Position numbers and translations under genes: made by a program. A DNA stretch of 64,000 bases from Eledone cirrhosa (Eukaryota): contig OZ024740.1 of assembly GCA_964016885.1 (NCBI GenBank), positions 130,448,001-130,512,000 of the forward strand. The letters run 5' to 3'. The notes under the pieces are model-generated. The model did not search any database, had not been told where the DNA came from, and worked only from the letters and a program-made list of their open reading frames with translations. Position 1 is the first letter of the stretch, and each line of letters begins with the position of its first letter. Positions 27,868 to 41,219 of this stretch are shown here, one piece after another.

Positions 27868-28527
27868 TAAATATTCTTGTATATTTTAACAGACTACATA
27901 TTTTTTTATTTAACGGTTCTGTGTAAATTGGTGTCGTGAAAACATTCGTTACTATTGAAATATTTTATCATATATTCCATTATAGTGAAAATAAGTCCAA
28001 TGAAATCAATAATAATTTAAGATCCCTTCTAATTGTTATTGTCTTTTATTAGTAACCTTCCTGTAAAGATTTTTGTAGAACTAGACACAATCTAACTGAC
28101 TGTCTTTATGAAATATCTACGTAGTACATATTCAGATGCATCTTTCTAGAAAATAAAATATACAGAAGATATTTCTGCTTGAAAGAAACCTTTTAGATTT
28201 TTCGTCAATGGTGTATACATTTTATTATTTCCCATTCATTGAATTTTAAAGTTTCCTATCATTTACACCTTTTCAAAACGTAGCATCACGTAAAAGAAAT
28301 TAGAAATTGATATTTTATATTGCTGCTTTTATGAATGTTGCAAGTGAATATCAGCCTTGATAGAGCGTAAGACAATACGTTTGCATCATATTATATACGC
28401 TCATATGCGGTCTCAATTTGAATTCGGGCTTGGGAATCTTGCATTACATCCTTTCAAACTCGCTCGATAAATAAAGAAAACGTCAGTTATCAGTGTTGAG
28501 TAAATTTCACATTGTAGAAATTGTATA

Positions 28528-28584
<57 letters not shown>

Positions 28585-28720
28585 GTTCCACCCTTGCAAG
28601 CAGGGAAGAGCGGGCGTAAAATGATGATGATGATGATGATGTTACTGGTAATCGGGTAACATATAATAGTATCCTTATATTATATATATTCTTATATATA
28701 AATGTAATTATATATATATA

Positions 28721-29301
28721 TTGGTAAACGGAATAGAAAATGCTGACAAATTGTTCACAGTTGAAAAATGGTTTAATTAGGAATAAAAGAGTATTAGTGA
28801 TTGTATGGGTTAGTATTCAGTTGTGGTTTTAAGTTTTTAAGTTTTTACCGGTTGCGCATTTCTAAATGCTTTTCAAAAATAATTTTGAGATAGAGTATCC
28901 GTGCTGTTTGCTCTGATCTGATTAGTTTTGGGAATTCTACCTGTTTTTATGTTAAAAAAATGGCTCCAGCGTTATTTTTGTGTTGTAAAAATGCTTGTGG
29001 TCAAAACAATTTTGATTGGTCGGTAGAGGTCATGTGAATGTAAAACGTTGATTTTGCGCCAAGACTGTTTTTATGTTAAAATGTTAGAAAAGTGGCTCCA
29101 GCAAAAATTATGGTCAAAACAATTTTGATTGGTCGGTAGAGGTCATGTGGATAAAAAATTGGTTTTGCGCCAAGATTGAGAAATGACTCTTTCACAACAA
29201 ATGTGTGTGTGCGTGTGTGTGTGTGTGTGTAGTAGTAGTAGTAAGGTGTTCGATGCTGCGACAATAGCCACCAGCGATGTGTGTCAAATGGCTATTAAGA
29301 T

Positions 29302-29339
<38 letters not shown>

Positions 29340-29405
29340 ACATACACACAGCAGAGTCATTCGAAGGTCAAAAGATATTTTTCAGCTTTTGTCTTATACG
29401 GAGAA

Positions 29406-29442
<37 letters not shown>

Positions 29443-29564
29443 AGTCTCTTTGTATGTTGATGTACGCGTATGTTGATGTATCCTACATGGATATAAAGTG
29501 GTGGCCGTACTCGAAAACGAGTTGGCAGCCACCATATATATATATATATATATATGTAGTGAAA

Positions 29565-29615
<51 letters not shown>

Positions 29616-30303
29616 GTGAATATCATTTCACACCTTTTATTGTTAAGATTGTTGATGTTCTATTAAGAGAACCGATTTTACTGAAAAAATCGAATAATGT
29701 ACACCATTTTACCAGGGGGGGTAAAAAATACTGGTCCACCCACACACGCACACACACACACACACACATATATACACAAACACATACACACGCGTACATC
29801 AACATACACACACACACACACATTTGTTGTGAAAGAGTCATTTCTCAATCTTGGCGCAAAACCAATTTTTTATCCACATGACCTCTACCGACCAATCAAA
29901 ATTGTTTTGACCATAATTTTTGCTGGAGCCACTTTTCAAACATTTTAACATAAAAACAGTCTTGGCGCAAAATCAACTTTTTACATTCACATGACCTCTA
30001 CCGACCAATCAAAATTGTTTTGACCACAAGCATTTTTACAACACAAAAATAAAGCTGGAGCCATTTTTTTAACATAAAAACAGGTAGAATTCCCAAAACT
30101 AATCAGATCAGAGCAAACAGCACGGACACTCTATCTCAAAATTATTTTTGAAAAGCATTTAGAAATGCGCAACCGGTAAAAACTTAAAAACTTAAAACCA
30201 CAACTGAATACTAACCCATACAATCACTAATACTCTTTTATTCCTAATTAAACCATTTTTCAACTGTGAACAATTTGTCAGCATTTTCTATTCCGTTTAC
30301 CAA
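28721..30303. mobile_element. 1.6-kb non-coding fold-back element, ~490-bp near-identical inverted arms with internal subrepeats
   Basis: ttggtaaacggaatagaaaatgctgac.. (28721) mirrors ..gtcagcattttctattccgtttaccaa (30303); TA flanks; tggtcaaaacaattttgattggtcggtagaggtcatgtg twice per arm. Confidence 0.9.
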
Positions 30304-30338
30304 TATATAATAACTTGTGTGTTACACCTCTATTCTTT

Positions 30339-30401
<63 letters not shown>

Positions 30402-30479
30402 TTCTACTTTAGGCACAAGGTCAGCAATTATCCAGTGCATTACTGGTACTTTATTTTATCGATATATTGTCACTTATTT

Positions 30480-31940
30480 ATATATATATATAAAACTGAG
30501 GATGTCTCTGTGTGTGTGTGTGTTTGAATCCCTAAACTTCAAGAACCACCGACCAACTGATTTCAAACTTTACACATGTAATACTTATGTTTCAGGGAAT
30601 GTTCTGGGCAAAGAAAGTTTCAAAGTTTCCATGCGCATTAGGCGATTTACCGATCTTTTTCTATAATTATTAGTCTTTCTTTTTTTAGATAGATACATAC
30701 ATATAACGTCGCGCCCTTATAAAATATGTCTGTATGTCTGATGCCTGCATCGCACTCGGCGCGTCAATGTATGGCTGTTACACGGACCGCGAACGCATTA
30801 TGATTCATTCTAAAGGCTACCAGTGGAAGCAACCGTAACACCCTCCAAATGTCAGAGAAGGCAGTCCAAGTCACTATTAAGGGCTACAAGGGAACACTCA
30901 CATGGCCGCTTATAGGGCCACGACTTGAAATTGTTGATGGTTACTACGCCTTACTGGGGTGTCAATTAATGGTTTACACGGCCCTTTTAAGGGCTTTTTA
31001 AATAGCTGATGCCGACCCTTTCGTTTAGGGCTGCCACTGAACATGCACACGTCTCGGGGCCCATTTTATTGCACCATTCCTCTTTAAATTTGTTAAATTA
31101 TACCCACAGTTTGGTAAACGTTTTTTTCCAGTTGCGATTACTTACTAAGATACGGTTTGACTCCTTCGAGAAGGCTCCACGTGGTATCCGATTACACGTC
31201 ATGCCTTGCTCAAGCATTGCAGACTTCCGTCTGATATAAGTGGTGACATTTGTCCTGCTGACTCATGCCACTTTATTAAAGTACAAAAGTACGAAGCCGA
31301 TTTTTTTCACGTGGAAGGAGAAGCATACCTAATACTAATTGCATCAGAGTATTCGGTTTATTTTCTTTACATATTGTCCAGGCATGCAGTTTTCCCACGA
31401 TTAGGTTTGTTGGCGGCTCGCGTTATGTTTCAGGGAGTGTTATGAGCATAAACAAATTAAACTTTTTGATCCCCTAGGGCCCGCATTAGATGAAAAACTG
31501 CGTTTTTTCAGCTATTTAGGGGTATTTTGAAGCGTTGCGTCAGACAGATTTCCTTGAAATTGTAACTATGTATTAGTCAGTCTCTTTTTCATACCGTGAG
31601 CAAAGACAATCCAACTTTTTTATGGCCTAGGGCCCGCATTAGGTGAACAACTTAATTTTTTCAGCTTTTTATGGCTTTTTTTAGGCGTTACATCTAGCCG
31701 ATTTTCCCAAAATTTCAAGCCATATTATGCACATAAAAAAAATCATTTTCTTGGTGCCCTTAGGTGAAAACCTGCATTTTTCCTGCTTCATCGAGGAAAA
31801 TCTTAAAGATTATCCATCCATCAGAATATTCGGTTTATTTTCTTTACATATTGTCGAATCAAGTAGTTTTCACGATTACGTCTGTTGGTGGCCCGCGTTC
31901 CAAAATACCTTATCTCGTGCAACGCTGAGTACCACTGCTA

Positions 31941-31941
<1 letters not shown>
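30480..31941 (+). mobile_element. Non-autonomous Helitron
   Basis: 5' tatatataaaactgaggatgtctctgtgtg..accgaccaactgatttcaaactttacaca typical of Helitron-N elements; 3' ctcgtgcaacgctgag imperfect hairpin then CTAG|T; internal ctagggcccgcattag subrepeats. Confidence 0.75.
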
Positions 31942-32004
<63 letters not shown>

Positions 32005-32008
<4 letters not shown>

Positions 32009-32965
32009 GGTGAACAGAAATAACAACACAATCGGTACATTATATTGAAGGGATATATTATGTTAATATTTTATATAACAAGATGAGGGTGTGAACGTTT
32101 GAGACGCTTATCATTCATCAGAAGAAATAATGAGAAATGAGATAGATTGAGGGGACGGGTAGGTTGGAATTGGAAAATATGTCTTTAGATAACAATAATA
32201 GGTCCATTTGATTTGACATATCTTGTAAAACTGTTGGTGCTGGCGTTTTGTGTATGATTTGTTTTTTTTAGAAAAGTGGATGATGGAGCGAGTCTAAATG
32301 AAATGAGAAAAAAAAAAACGTTTTGTAAAAAGTTCTATACTTGTTCATGACCGTAAGCATGTGTGTTTGTGTGTGTGTTATTATACGTCCGTACGAAGCT
32401 AATTAGAAATGTGTGTGTATATGGGAATAAAAGAGTGTGCGTGCATGTATGTACGAAGCTATGAGCAAAGGTAAGTTAATATAAGGGAACGGAAAAGTGG
32501 CGTGAGCATATATAATCGGCCTGTATTAGTTGTAATCGAAGATGTTAATGACAGAAGAAAAAGCGATATGAATCTAGGCGTCTAAAACTTGACGGGTATT
32601 ATAGAAATTGGGGAGGTGATTTGAGTCCAAGAAAGGAATAGAAGCCAAGGGTGTGAATCAGATATTGTTCAATCCTGGTGTCCGAGGCCTGTGATCCATG
32701 ATGTAAAGGGACACCCAGAACTGAGAAATCTAGGGAAGAATGACCAGGAGAACAGAAATGACGAGCGACAGGAATGTCCAAACCGAGTCGTATGTCCCTC
32801 AAATGCTCGGTAAAAAGGTACAACAGACGGCGTCCCGTTTGTTCGATAAATAAAGATACGCAAAGGGAACACAAGAGGGCAGAGACAACGTGGGTGGATG
32901 TGCAGGTGAACGAGTGGCGGATAGGGAAAGACACATTAGGGCCTGTAAGAGAGGTGAGGGGGGAC
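32005..32965 (-). mobile_element. Penelope-like element 3' part: GIY-YIG endonuclease remnant plus pLTR with a degenerate HHR (~32091-32125)
   Basis: SFTCTSTHVVSALLCSLC..FIEQTGRRL..FTEHLRDI..PVARHFCSPGHS..EQYLIHTL..GL; downstream ctgatga..caaacgtt. Confidence 0.85.
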
Positions 32966-33028
32966 ATATATGTATATATATATATATATGTATTTATGTA
33001 CGTATATATATTGTGCCTTTGCTCACTA

Positions 33029-33272
33029 TAAAAGCTTCACGGCACAGGTATTGCTTTATATCTGGAGATCTCTCTGCACTTGTCGTCACATGGTACCATA
33101 GGCCCAGCACTATGTGACAATAATTGTCACAAGTGTAGTGTTTGTACCAGAGTTTTCAAGTCGCTGGCTGGACTAAAAAGTCACACTCGTTCAGCGCATC
33201 GGTATCGGTAGGGGTTCTCCTACATGGATATAAAGTAGTGGCCGTACTCGAAAACGAGTTGGCAGCCACCAT
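33029..33272. repeat. Unclassified repeat whose last ~50 bp recur at 29483-29533
   Basis: ctacatggatataaagt(a/g)gtggccgtactcgaaaacgagttggcagccacc followed by (TA)n at both sites; left boundary uncertain. Confidence 0.65.
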
Positions 33273-33282
33273 ATATATATAT

Positions 33283-33352
<70 letters not shown>

Positions 33353-33399
33353 CCAAAATAAATATTCGGAGGCATGGTATACATTTCCAATCATTTTAA

Positions 33400-33473
33400 T
33401 CACGACACATGTTTCAATAAGAGATAGATCGATCGTGTAGCGAAGATCCATTATCACTGATCTCTTCAGGTGA
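33400..33473 (-). ncRNA. Type I hammerhead motif with long stem II
   Basis: TCAC-CTGAAGA-GAT..ATT-GAAA-CATGTG-TC-GTGA on the minus strand. Confidence 0.78.
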
Positions 33474-33884
33474 AAATGAATTGTCTTCAAATCCTTGACA
33501 TGAGGAAGAAAATTAACGATGTTCACTCACAGCGTTTAGTCCCTCTTATGGAGATCAAGCAGTCAAGACACGGCGACTGCTATCTCCTTCAGTTAGAGTC
33601 AGAAAACTATCCAGTCTCTATCTCCCAATAGGTGTAAAAGACGGTTGTCATCAATCAAATCTGTAGAATTACAGTTAGTCATATTTAATGTGAGTGGGTA
33701 CACACGCACTCACACACACCGACGCGAGGACAAAGGAAAAATATATACATATACCAACATAGCATCAAATATGTAGAACAACGGACGGACACAGTTAGTG
33801 TGAGTGAGTACACACACACTCACACACACCGACGCGAGGTCAAAGAAAAAATATAAATGTACCAACATAGTATTTATATATTGG

Positions 33885-34134
33885 TATTTATATGTCGGCT
33901 CTTTCTGATTTAGTCTGGAAACTTAAACAACAGAATATAGAGCATTCCTTATCCTGGTCCATAATTTGCTCATCCCAGCCATATAACGGCAGCACGGGCG
34001 TCTGTAATTTATGTATACCTGGAAACTTTAATATTATTAGAGGCGGCCCCCTATTAATCAATAGGAGAGCGGATTGTTTCAGCAACTGCAAATATAGAAC
34101 CTCGAAAACCTTCCGCAGGATTTTTGGAAAGTAA
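33885..34134 (+). pseudogene. C-terminal GIY-YIG-region fragment of a Naiad-like Penelope element
   Basis: SALSDLVWKLK..WSII..PY..CNLC..LINRR..C matches the LSK.IW.LK..W.I..CNLC..LNKR..CRH pattern; clade assignment from memory. Confidence 0.8.
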
Positions 34135-35539
34135 CCTGCCACAAACTCCTCCCTCTAACCTTAGCCATAAGGTTCTCTCAATTAGCAAAAAAAAAACAAC
34201 AGACAATCACACACTCAGGTAGTTAGACAGCTAAGATCGTTTGCGCACTTACAAACGGTACTCGGTCAGTTTCCACAGAGTTCTCAGAGCTGAGTGCACA
34301 TTAGAATACCTAGTTAATAATTAGTTAGAATGATTACACACAGAGGTAAGACAGATTACGCGCATTCACCATTAGTTTACGATACCCTAACCATTGAGTT
34401 CTCTCGGCTAGGATATAGCTAGCCGTATTACACACTTAGTCAATACCGATTACGCTCTCTATACATAACTCTACACACAGTACCCAATTTCTTTAGATAC
34501 AGAGTTCCCACAGTTATGACTGGTCACGTTCCTCTCGATTGAGCACTACACTAGGTTTTGATCCGCGATCATCGAACCATGGAGTGCTCACGGTTACATA
34601 TTAGGCAATAATACTTAAACATCATTAATGGGCCTACACACATCCTCTTCTTTGTTATCTTATTTTATTTTAATTTATTTTTATATTGTGTTGGATAACA
34701 CACTCCACCGCTCAAACACCTCTCTTAAAAGCCCAAGGGCCCATATGACGGGAAAACGCACACACTGACACCTTACCCCAAATACCCAACCCTACACAGA
34801 GCCCCTTGGTGGCATACATAGCGTGTGCTTGCACGCACAGAATTGTGGACTCAGATTCTCAACGGACAACGGCACATACTGAGTTCAATATGAGCTGACT
34901 ACTTGCTCTTAACATGTGTATGTACCAAAACATACACCTTTTTGGTCGAGACGGATTCTTATATACCAAAACATACACTATTTGGAGATACGGATGTTAC
35001 AATTCAATTTATACACGTATATCAGAACATTGAACACTACTTACTTGCGTGTGTATAGGCTTGCGGTTGACCCAATTTTTCCAATTTACGTCGTCAAATT
35101 TGAGATTTGACCAATATAAAATTTGTTGTTTTGTAAACTAACTTTCGGTGAATACTATGTTGGTATATTTATATTTTTTCTTTGACCTCGCGTCGGTGTG
35201 TGTGTGTGTACTCACTCCCCCTAACTGTGACCGTCTGTTGTTCTACAGATTTGATGCTATGTTGGTATATGTATATATTTTTTCTTTGACATCGCGTCTG
35301 TGTGTGTGAGTATGTGTGTGTACCCACTCACATTAACTGTGACCCACTGTAATTCTACAGATTTGATTGATGTCCAGCGTTTTTTACAGCTATAGAGACT
35401 TGAGAGTTTTATGACCCTAACTGAATACGATAGCAGTCGCCGTGTTTTGACTGCTTGATCTTCATATGAGGGACTGAACTCTGTGAATGAACACCGTTAA
35501 TTTTCTCCCTCATATCAAGGATTTGAAGACAATTCATGT

Positions 35540-35613
35540 TCACCTGATGAGATCAGTGATAATCGATTATGGCTACACGATCGATCTATCTCTTATTGAA
35601 ACATGTGTCGTGA
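35540..35613 (+). ncRNA. Type I hammerhead motif with long stem II
   Basis: TCAC-CTGATGA-GATcagtGATAATCGAT..ATCGATcTATC..ATT-GAAA-CATGTG-TC-GTGA. Confidence 0.8.
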
Positions 35614-36163
35614 CAAAATGATTGGAAATTTATACCATGCCTCCGGATGTTTATTTTGATACAAATACTCCGTTTTACATCATCTAGCTGTTCCCATTAA
35701 TGGAATTGGATATATACAAAAGCGTGGAGAACTTAATATTGCTAACAAAAATGTATTGGACAGTTTGACACAACCATCGCATCAATTACACATCGTGTTT
35801 TTGTACAGTATGCTGGATCGGCAACTAGTCTGTGGAATTTCATGAGAAATATTGTCCCCTTAAATTGAAGAACACTTCCTAATGAATTCGTGAATTCTTC
35901 AAATGGTTTATAGAATAGTTGCATCTTTCACGAATGAAACCATGGTAGGGTGGTAGATATACAAGTGTGATATAGCAAAATTCTGAATATGCTCCCATAA
36001 AAAGAGTTTTTACAATTAAATTTAATATATAATATTGCTTCTGGGATTAATTTTTTATCGATAGATTTTATCCATTCATTGAGAAGTTTAACTATTAGTG
36101 ACTAATTTTAATGTATATATGTTAAGCAGCGATTCTTTGCTTAAAGTTTAATCTGTTATTTTA

Positions 36164-36249
<86 letters not shown>

Positions 36250-36720
36250 GTGTGCGTGTGTGTTTGTGTGGGTTTGTGTGGGTGTATGTGTATATGTATA
36301 TGTGTGTATGTATATATATATGTGGTTGTGTGTGCGTGTGTGTGTGTGTGTGTGTATGTGTGTGTGTGTGTGTGAAACATCAGTTAGTATTGCCTAGATA
36401 ATGTGTATCTAAGACCATACCGATATATATAGATATGAAGTCAAAAGTATGTAAGAAATATAAGCAAAAATGATAATGAAAGAGATATCGATTTAGTTGT
36501 TTCGATCCGTCAAGATATAATACCGATTACCATTATTAGTTAAGGCACAACATAATGATGTTTAGTGCATATTAAGTAAATACCATCATATTATATACAT
36601 TAGACATGCAATCAAATTGGGAAAGCACATACATTGTGCCGCTTAAGCCGAAAGATAGAGTAAGGCCAACAGGAACGATAGAAATAGCTCCCAAAACTAC
36701 AAATGATACAAATGTTATGT

Positions 36721-36751
<31 letters not shown>

Positions 36752-36808
36752 ATGTCTATATATATATATATATATATACACATATATATATAGATATATA
36801 TGTATATG

Positions 36809-36890
<82 letters not shown>

Positions 36891-36891
<1 letters not shown>

Positions 36892-37084
36892 CGAGGAAAC
36901 GTGGTAAGGAACCAGATGGACCATAACGCACCAAAGTACTCAATACTTAGGGTAGTAGAGTGGGTAATAGGAGCAATGAGGACCCCGACGGCTGAGCTCA
37001 AGCCGTTTCGACGGCTAATTCTGGACCTAGTCCAGAATTAGCCGTCGAAACCGCTTGAGCTCAGCCTTCGGGATCCCAAGTGTT

Positions 37085-37089
<5 letters not shown>
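36891..37089. repeat. Short insert in (TA)n containing a ~120-bp palindrome (36967-37089, 3-nt loop)
   Basis: gctgagctcaagccgtttcgacggctaattctggac-cta-gtccagaattagccgtcgaaaccgcttgagctcagc. Confidence 0.9.
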
Positions 37090-37142
<53 letters not shown>

Positions 37143-37187
37143 GCGAGTAAAACAAAGAAGCCTTCAATACATCAAAAGTCTCTATTA

Positions 37188-37225
37188 GCCGACAATGTTT
37201 CGTCCTATTAAGGACTCATCAGGGC
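37188..37225 (-). ncRNA. Minimal type I hammerhead motif, canonical core
   Basis: GCC-CTGATGA-GTCCT(taat)AGGAC-GAAA-CATTG-TC-GGC. Confidence 0.9.
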
Positions 37226-37700
37226 AATCAAAACAACAAGAAGTAATATCGGCAGATACAAGCCGGAAGCTCCGAAGAATATGGAGTGTACATAGACTAA
37301 AGTATTGCAAAAATATATGATAAAAGTAATAAAAATACTTGTGTTGTATGTGTATGTGTGTGTACGTGTGTGCACATATATGCATATGCATATTGTACCT
37401 TTTGATTTTTATTGTAATTTTAATGTTGGTAAAGGTATATTATATTATATTATATTATATTATATTGTATTATATATAATTCTTGCTATATATAACCACC
37501 TTTGTTTAGCTCTAGGTTTTTTTTGCTCTGGACTATATTTGTAATATGGTTCTTAATGTTATATACATCCTTAGTAATTTTTATTATATATTTTTATTAC
37601 TTTTATCATATATTTTTGCAATACTTTAGTCTATGTACACTCCATATTCTTCGGAGCTTCCGGCTTGTATCTGCCGATATTACTTCTTCTTGTTTTAATT

Positions 37701-37738
37701 GCCCTGCTGAGTCCTTAATAGGACGAGACATTGACGGC
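37701..37738 (+). ncRNA. Hammerhead copy with three core mutations (predicted inactive)
   Basis: GCC-CTGcTGA-GTCCT..AGGAC-GAgA-CATTG-aC-GGC. Confidence 0.8.
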
Positions 37739-37885
37739 TAATAGAGACTTTTGATGTATTGAAGGCTTCTTTGTTTTACTCTCTTAATGTTTTGGCTCTG
37801 TTTAACTACATTGAGCTATAACTTTTACTGTCATTTCTATAATACGAAGAGGGTGTTTAACTCCAACACGCTCCAGTATTTTAAC

Positions 37886-37957
<72 letters not shown>

Positions 37958-39092
37958 GTATATATCTATCCATAGTATGCATATATATATCATGAATATT
38001 CAACCTTCAAGGTGGAAATAGTAATTTCTGCCTTACATTGTTGTTTTATAGTCTGGCTGTGAAATATTTTCTGACGCCTTGTTGAATAGAAATTTAAGCA
38101 ATTATATGGCAGATATAGAGCTATTTTTTTACAGTGTCGAGCATATATATAAATAAAATTCCTTCTGAGGATTAGATCTTTCTTCCGTTGCTTTACCAAA
38201 ATCAGTAGTTAGTAATCGATAGTTGATTAATTAAAATGAATGACAGCATCAGTTGTTTGGATTATGGAAAATTGATTTATTCACCTTAAAGTGTGTATAT
38301 ATTTTCGTGCATGTTATGTACTTTATATATGTGCACAATATACTGTTTCTCAAACGTTGTACGAGAATGTGCGAGCAGTTTGATATCTTAAATAGGCCAT
38401 CTATGCTTCACAGGCATACAAAATGCTGTGATGTCACTAGCGACCTATACACATAGTTTAATGATTATCTACTTCTCAGCGTGTGAACCAACTTGAAATT
38501 TAAGTTTACGCGTCACCAGAAAGTATGTTAATATACGAATTAGAAATATGTGACTGCGACATTCTTTGTTGAATTTACTCATGATTCAAGGATAATATTG
38601 TGTGATATAAACATATCAATGTCTCTTTGTAACAAGTACCATAGTGATGTAGTAATCTGTACATTAATTTAGATAAGCATCTGTTTAAGCACAGAAGTAT
38701 ATGTAGGTCCTTCTTTCGACAGTCGAAAACGGTACAAAATAACGAATAAATCATTGACATTTATAGTAAGTGTATTTTATGAGAGGAATAGATTGCAGTA
38801 AATGGACTATCACAGTAAATGGACTATTGCAGTAAATGGACTATCAAAACCTATGCTGCTGTACGGATGAAATATTGATTCATAATATTATTAGGAGTTG
38901 ATAGGTTACCATTAAAATGTACCCTTACGGGTGTGTAAACATACAATTGTAGCACATTTCTTTGCACCTAAAATGTTATGAACTATTTCAAATGAGGCCA
39001 TACGATACAATAATATTACATACGGAAGACTATGTACGTACACACGTACGCACATAAACACAACAACAATATATATAAATAAATATATATAC

Positions 39093-39224
<132 letters not shown>

Positions 39225-39243
39225 CGTAAAATAAGAAAATTAA

Positions 39244-39323
39244 CTTTCAACTAATTAGTTTCTGGAATGGAATAAATATATTTTCCGAAGAAAATACTTA
39301 GAATTATTCCGTCGTCAGGGAAG
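39244..39323 (-). ncRNA. Type I hammerhead motif, tandem copy 1
   Basis: CTTCC-CTGACGA-cGGAAT..ATTCCa-GAAA-CTAATTAG-TT-GAAAG (one stem I mismatch). Confidence 0.65.
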
Positions 39324-39765
39324 ACTATTCTCATCTAAGTATCCAGGCAAAGCGTGAACTTTGGAAACTTATTAAAAATTAATTCACTGGATAGAAAATA
39401 GCAAAGCGTGGACTGAATTCCTAGCCATTGAGAAAATCACTGCCTCTGCGTCGGTGGCAAATTCAAAAAGAATCAATCCCGCGACATCGAGGTCAATCAG
39501 TGGAAAGTGGTTTGCTAATAAGACAGCGGCCTGCCTGCTACCATAGCAGCAGTCATGGCCAATATTGCTCGACAAATAATTTGGAGATAATTATAAATAA
39601 TTAATATCTCGTAACATATATATACATACAGATGCATATCAATGCTAGCAAATATATAGGTTTTGTCTTAGTAACGTTGTGGTTCAATGCATGGTGTTGC
39701 AGAACAATAATATGAGAGACGTAAAATAAGAAAATTATAAAATTAACTTACTTACTAAAATATCA

Positions 39766-39845
39766 CTTCCAACTAATTAGTTTCTGGAATGGAATAAATA
39801 TATTTTCCGAATAAAATACGAAGAATCATTCCGTCGTCAGGGAAG
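39766..39845 (-). ncRNA. Type I hammerhead motif, tandem copy 2
   Basis: CTTCC-CTGACGA-cGGAATG..CATTCCa-GAAA-CTAATTAG-TT-GGAAG; perfect stem I, palindromic stem III. Confidence 0.75.
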
Positions 39846-41175
39846 ACTATTCTCATCTAAGTATCCAGGCAAAGCGTGGACTCTGGAAACTTATTAAAAA
39901 GTAATTGTACTGCATGTAACCATTTCTAAGCCCGCATTTTGTATATCATACCGCATAATAACCCCCACCAAAAATTACATCGCCATAAACCCCTCATCCT
40001 TGCAACATTGTGTTTTATCGATCCTCTCTCACATGTTTTACCTTACAAACCATAGTAACATCTGATCCTGTAAATACAATGTCGATCATATCACACCATC
40101 GCCACCACCACCACACATCGTCATATGTCTACCATCCACACCCGCAACGTTATCCACCCGTGTTCCCTCTGTCTACCCTAACATACAACCCCCGCTAAAT
40201 TCGACCCTCTAAATGTACTGTCGTACACACAACCACCGCCAACACTAAATACATCCACATACTTCAACAATCATTAACATCATTAAAATCATCAACACAT
40301 ATCATCCCTCACTCGCAGATCCACTGTGTTATATCCACCCCAGTCCGCCTTACAATGTAACACACCGTAACTTCTGATCATGTAATCATTTTGTCGACCA
40401 TATCACCCCAGCACCACCACCACCACCATGAACCCAACACACATCGCTATACGTCCATACACTATTTTCCGTCGCGTTCCCTATGTCACCTTTTAACATG
40501 TAACCAATCGCACTATTCGTTGCTGTATATTTGTGTCGCTCGCAACACCACCACCACCACCACAAGACACAACTCCATGCTTCATCAACACCGCCAACGC
40601 ATACCTCCCCTCTCCATCCAACGCAAGTGTGTGTGTCTGTGTGTAAGTATTTTTTACATATACGGGCGTATAAACATGCGTGCGTGTATGAATATATGTG
40701 TGTGTGTATATATATATATTTATATATTTATATATATATGTGTGTGTATGTGTATGTGTATAGGATATATATATGTGTGTGTGTATATGTGTGAGTGTAT
40801 GTGCATGTATGTGTATGTGTGTGTGTATGTGTGTATATGTGTGTATATACGTGTGTGTGTGTGTATGTGTATGTTTATGTATACGTGTGTGTACGTGTAT
40901 GTGCGCATATCCGTACGTGTGTATGAGTGTATGTATGTGTATGTCTATATGTATAACACCATCTCCATTGGCTCTCAACTACCCTCCATCTTTGTCCTAC
41001 GGAACCCTCACATATACTCCCCACTCTCCCGCGCATGCACATACATTTGTGTATATATGCATATGGGTGTGTATGTGTGTGTGTACATATGTGTTGGCGC
41101 GGGTGTGTGTGTGTGTGTGTGATTGTGTTCGTGTGTGTATATGTCAATATATATGCACATGTATACATATATGTT

Positions 41176-41219
<44 letters not shown>

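Larger units (their letters stand above)
33351..35661. mobile_element. Inverted pair of ~520-bp HHR-bearing arms (33351-33874, 35151-35661) around a Penelope-like 3' fragment
   Basis: Arms align as reverse complements with moderate divergence; each has an internal ~115-bp tandem duplication. Confidence 0.9.
37139..37888. mobile_element. Fold-back pLTR-like element: ~199-bp inverted arms (37139-37337, 37589-37787) plus ~100-bp tail, within (TA)n
   Basis: Arms differ at 6 positions by manual alignment; HHR motif in each. Confidence 0.92.

Noticed and set aside
28721-30303. Hammerhead in the arms of this fold-back
   Set aside because: Only ctgaata or ctgtga, with no GAAA/UH partner
36490-36545. 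Minus-strand ctaataa..gatcgaaacaacta as an HHR
   Set aside because: Core degenerate and stems unconvincing
38807-38846. cagtaaatggactat x3 as a CRISPR-like array
   Set aside because: Head-to-tail minisatellite without unique spacers; eukaryotic context
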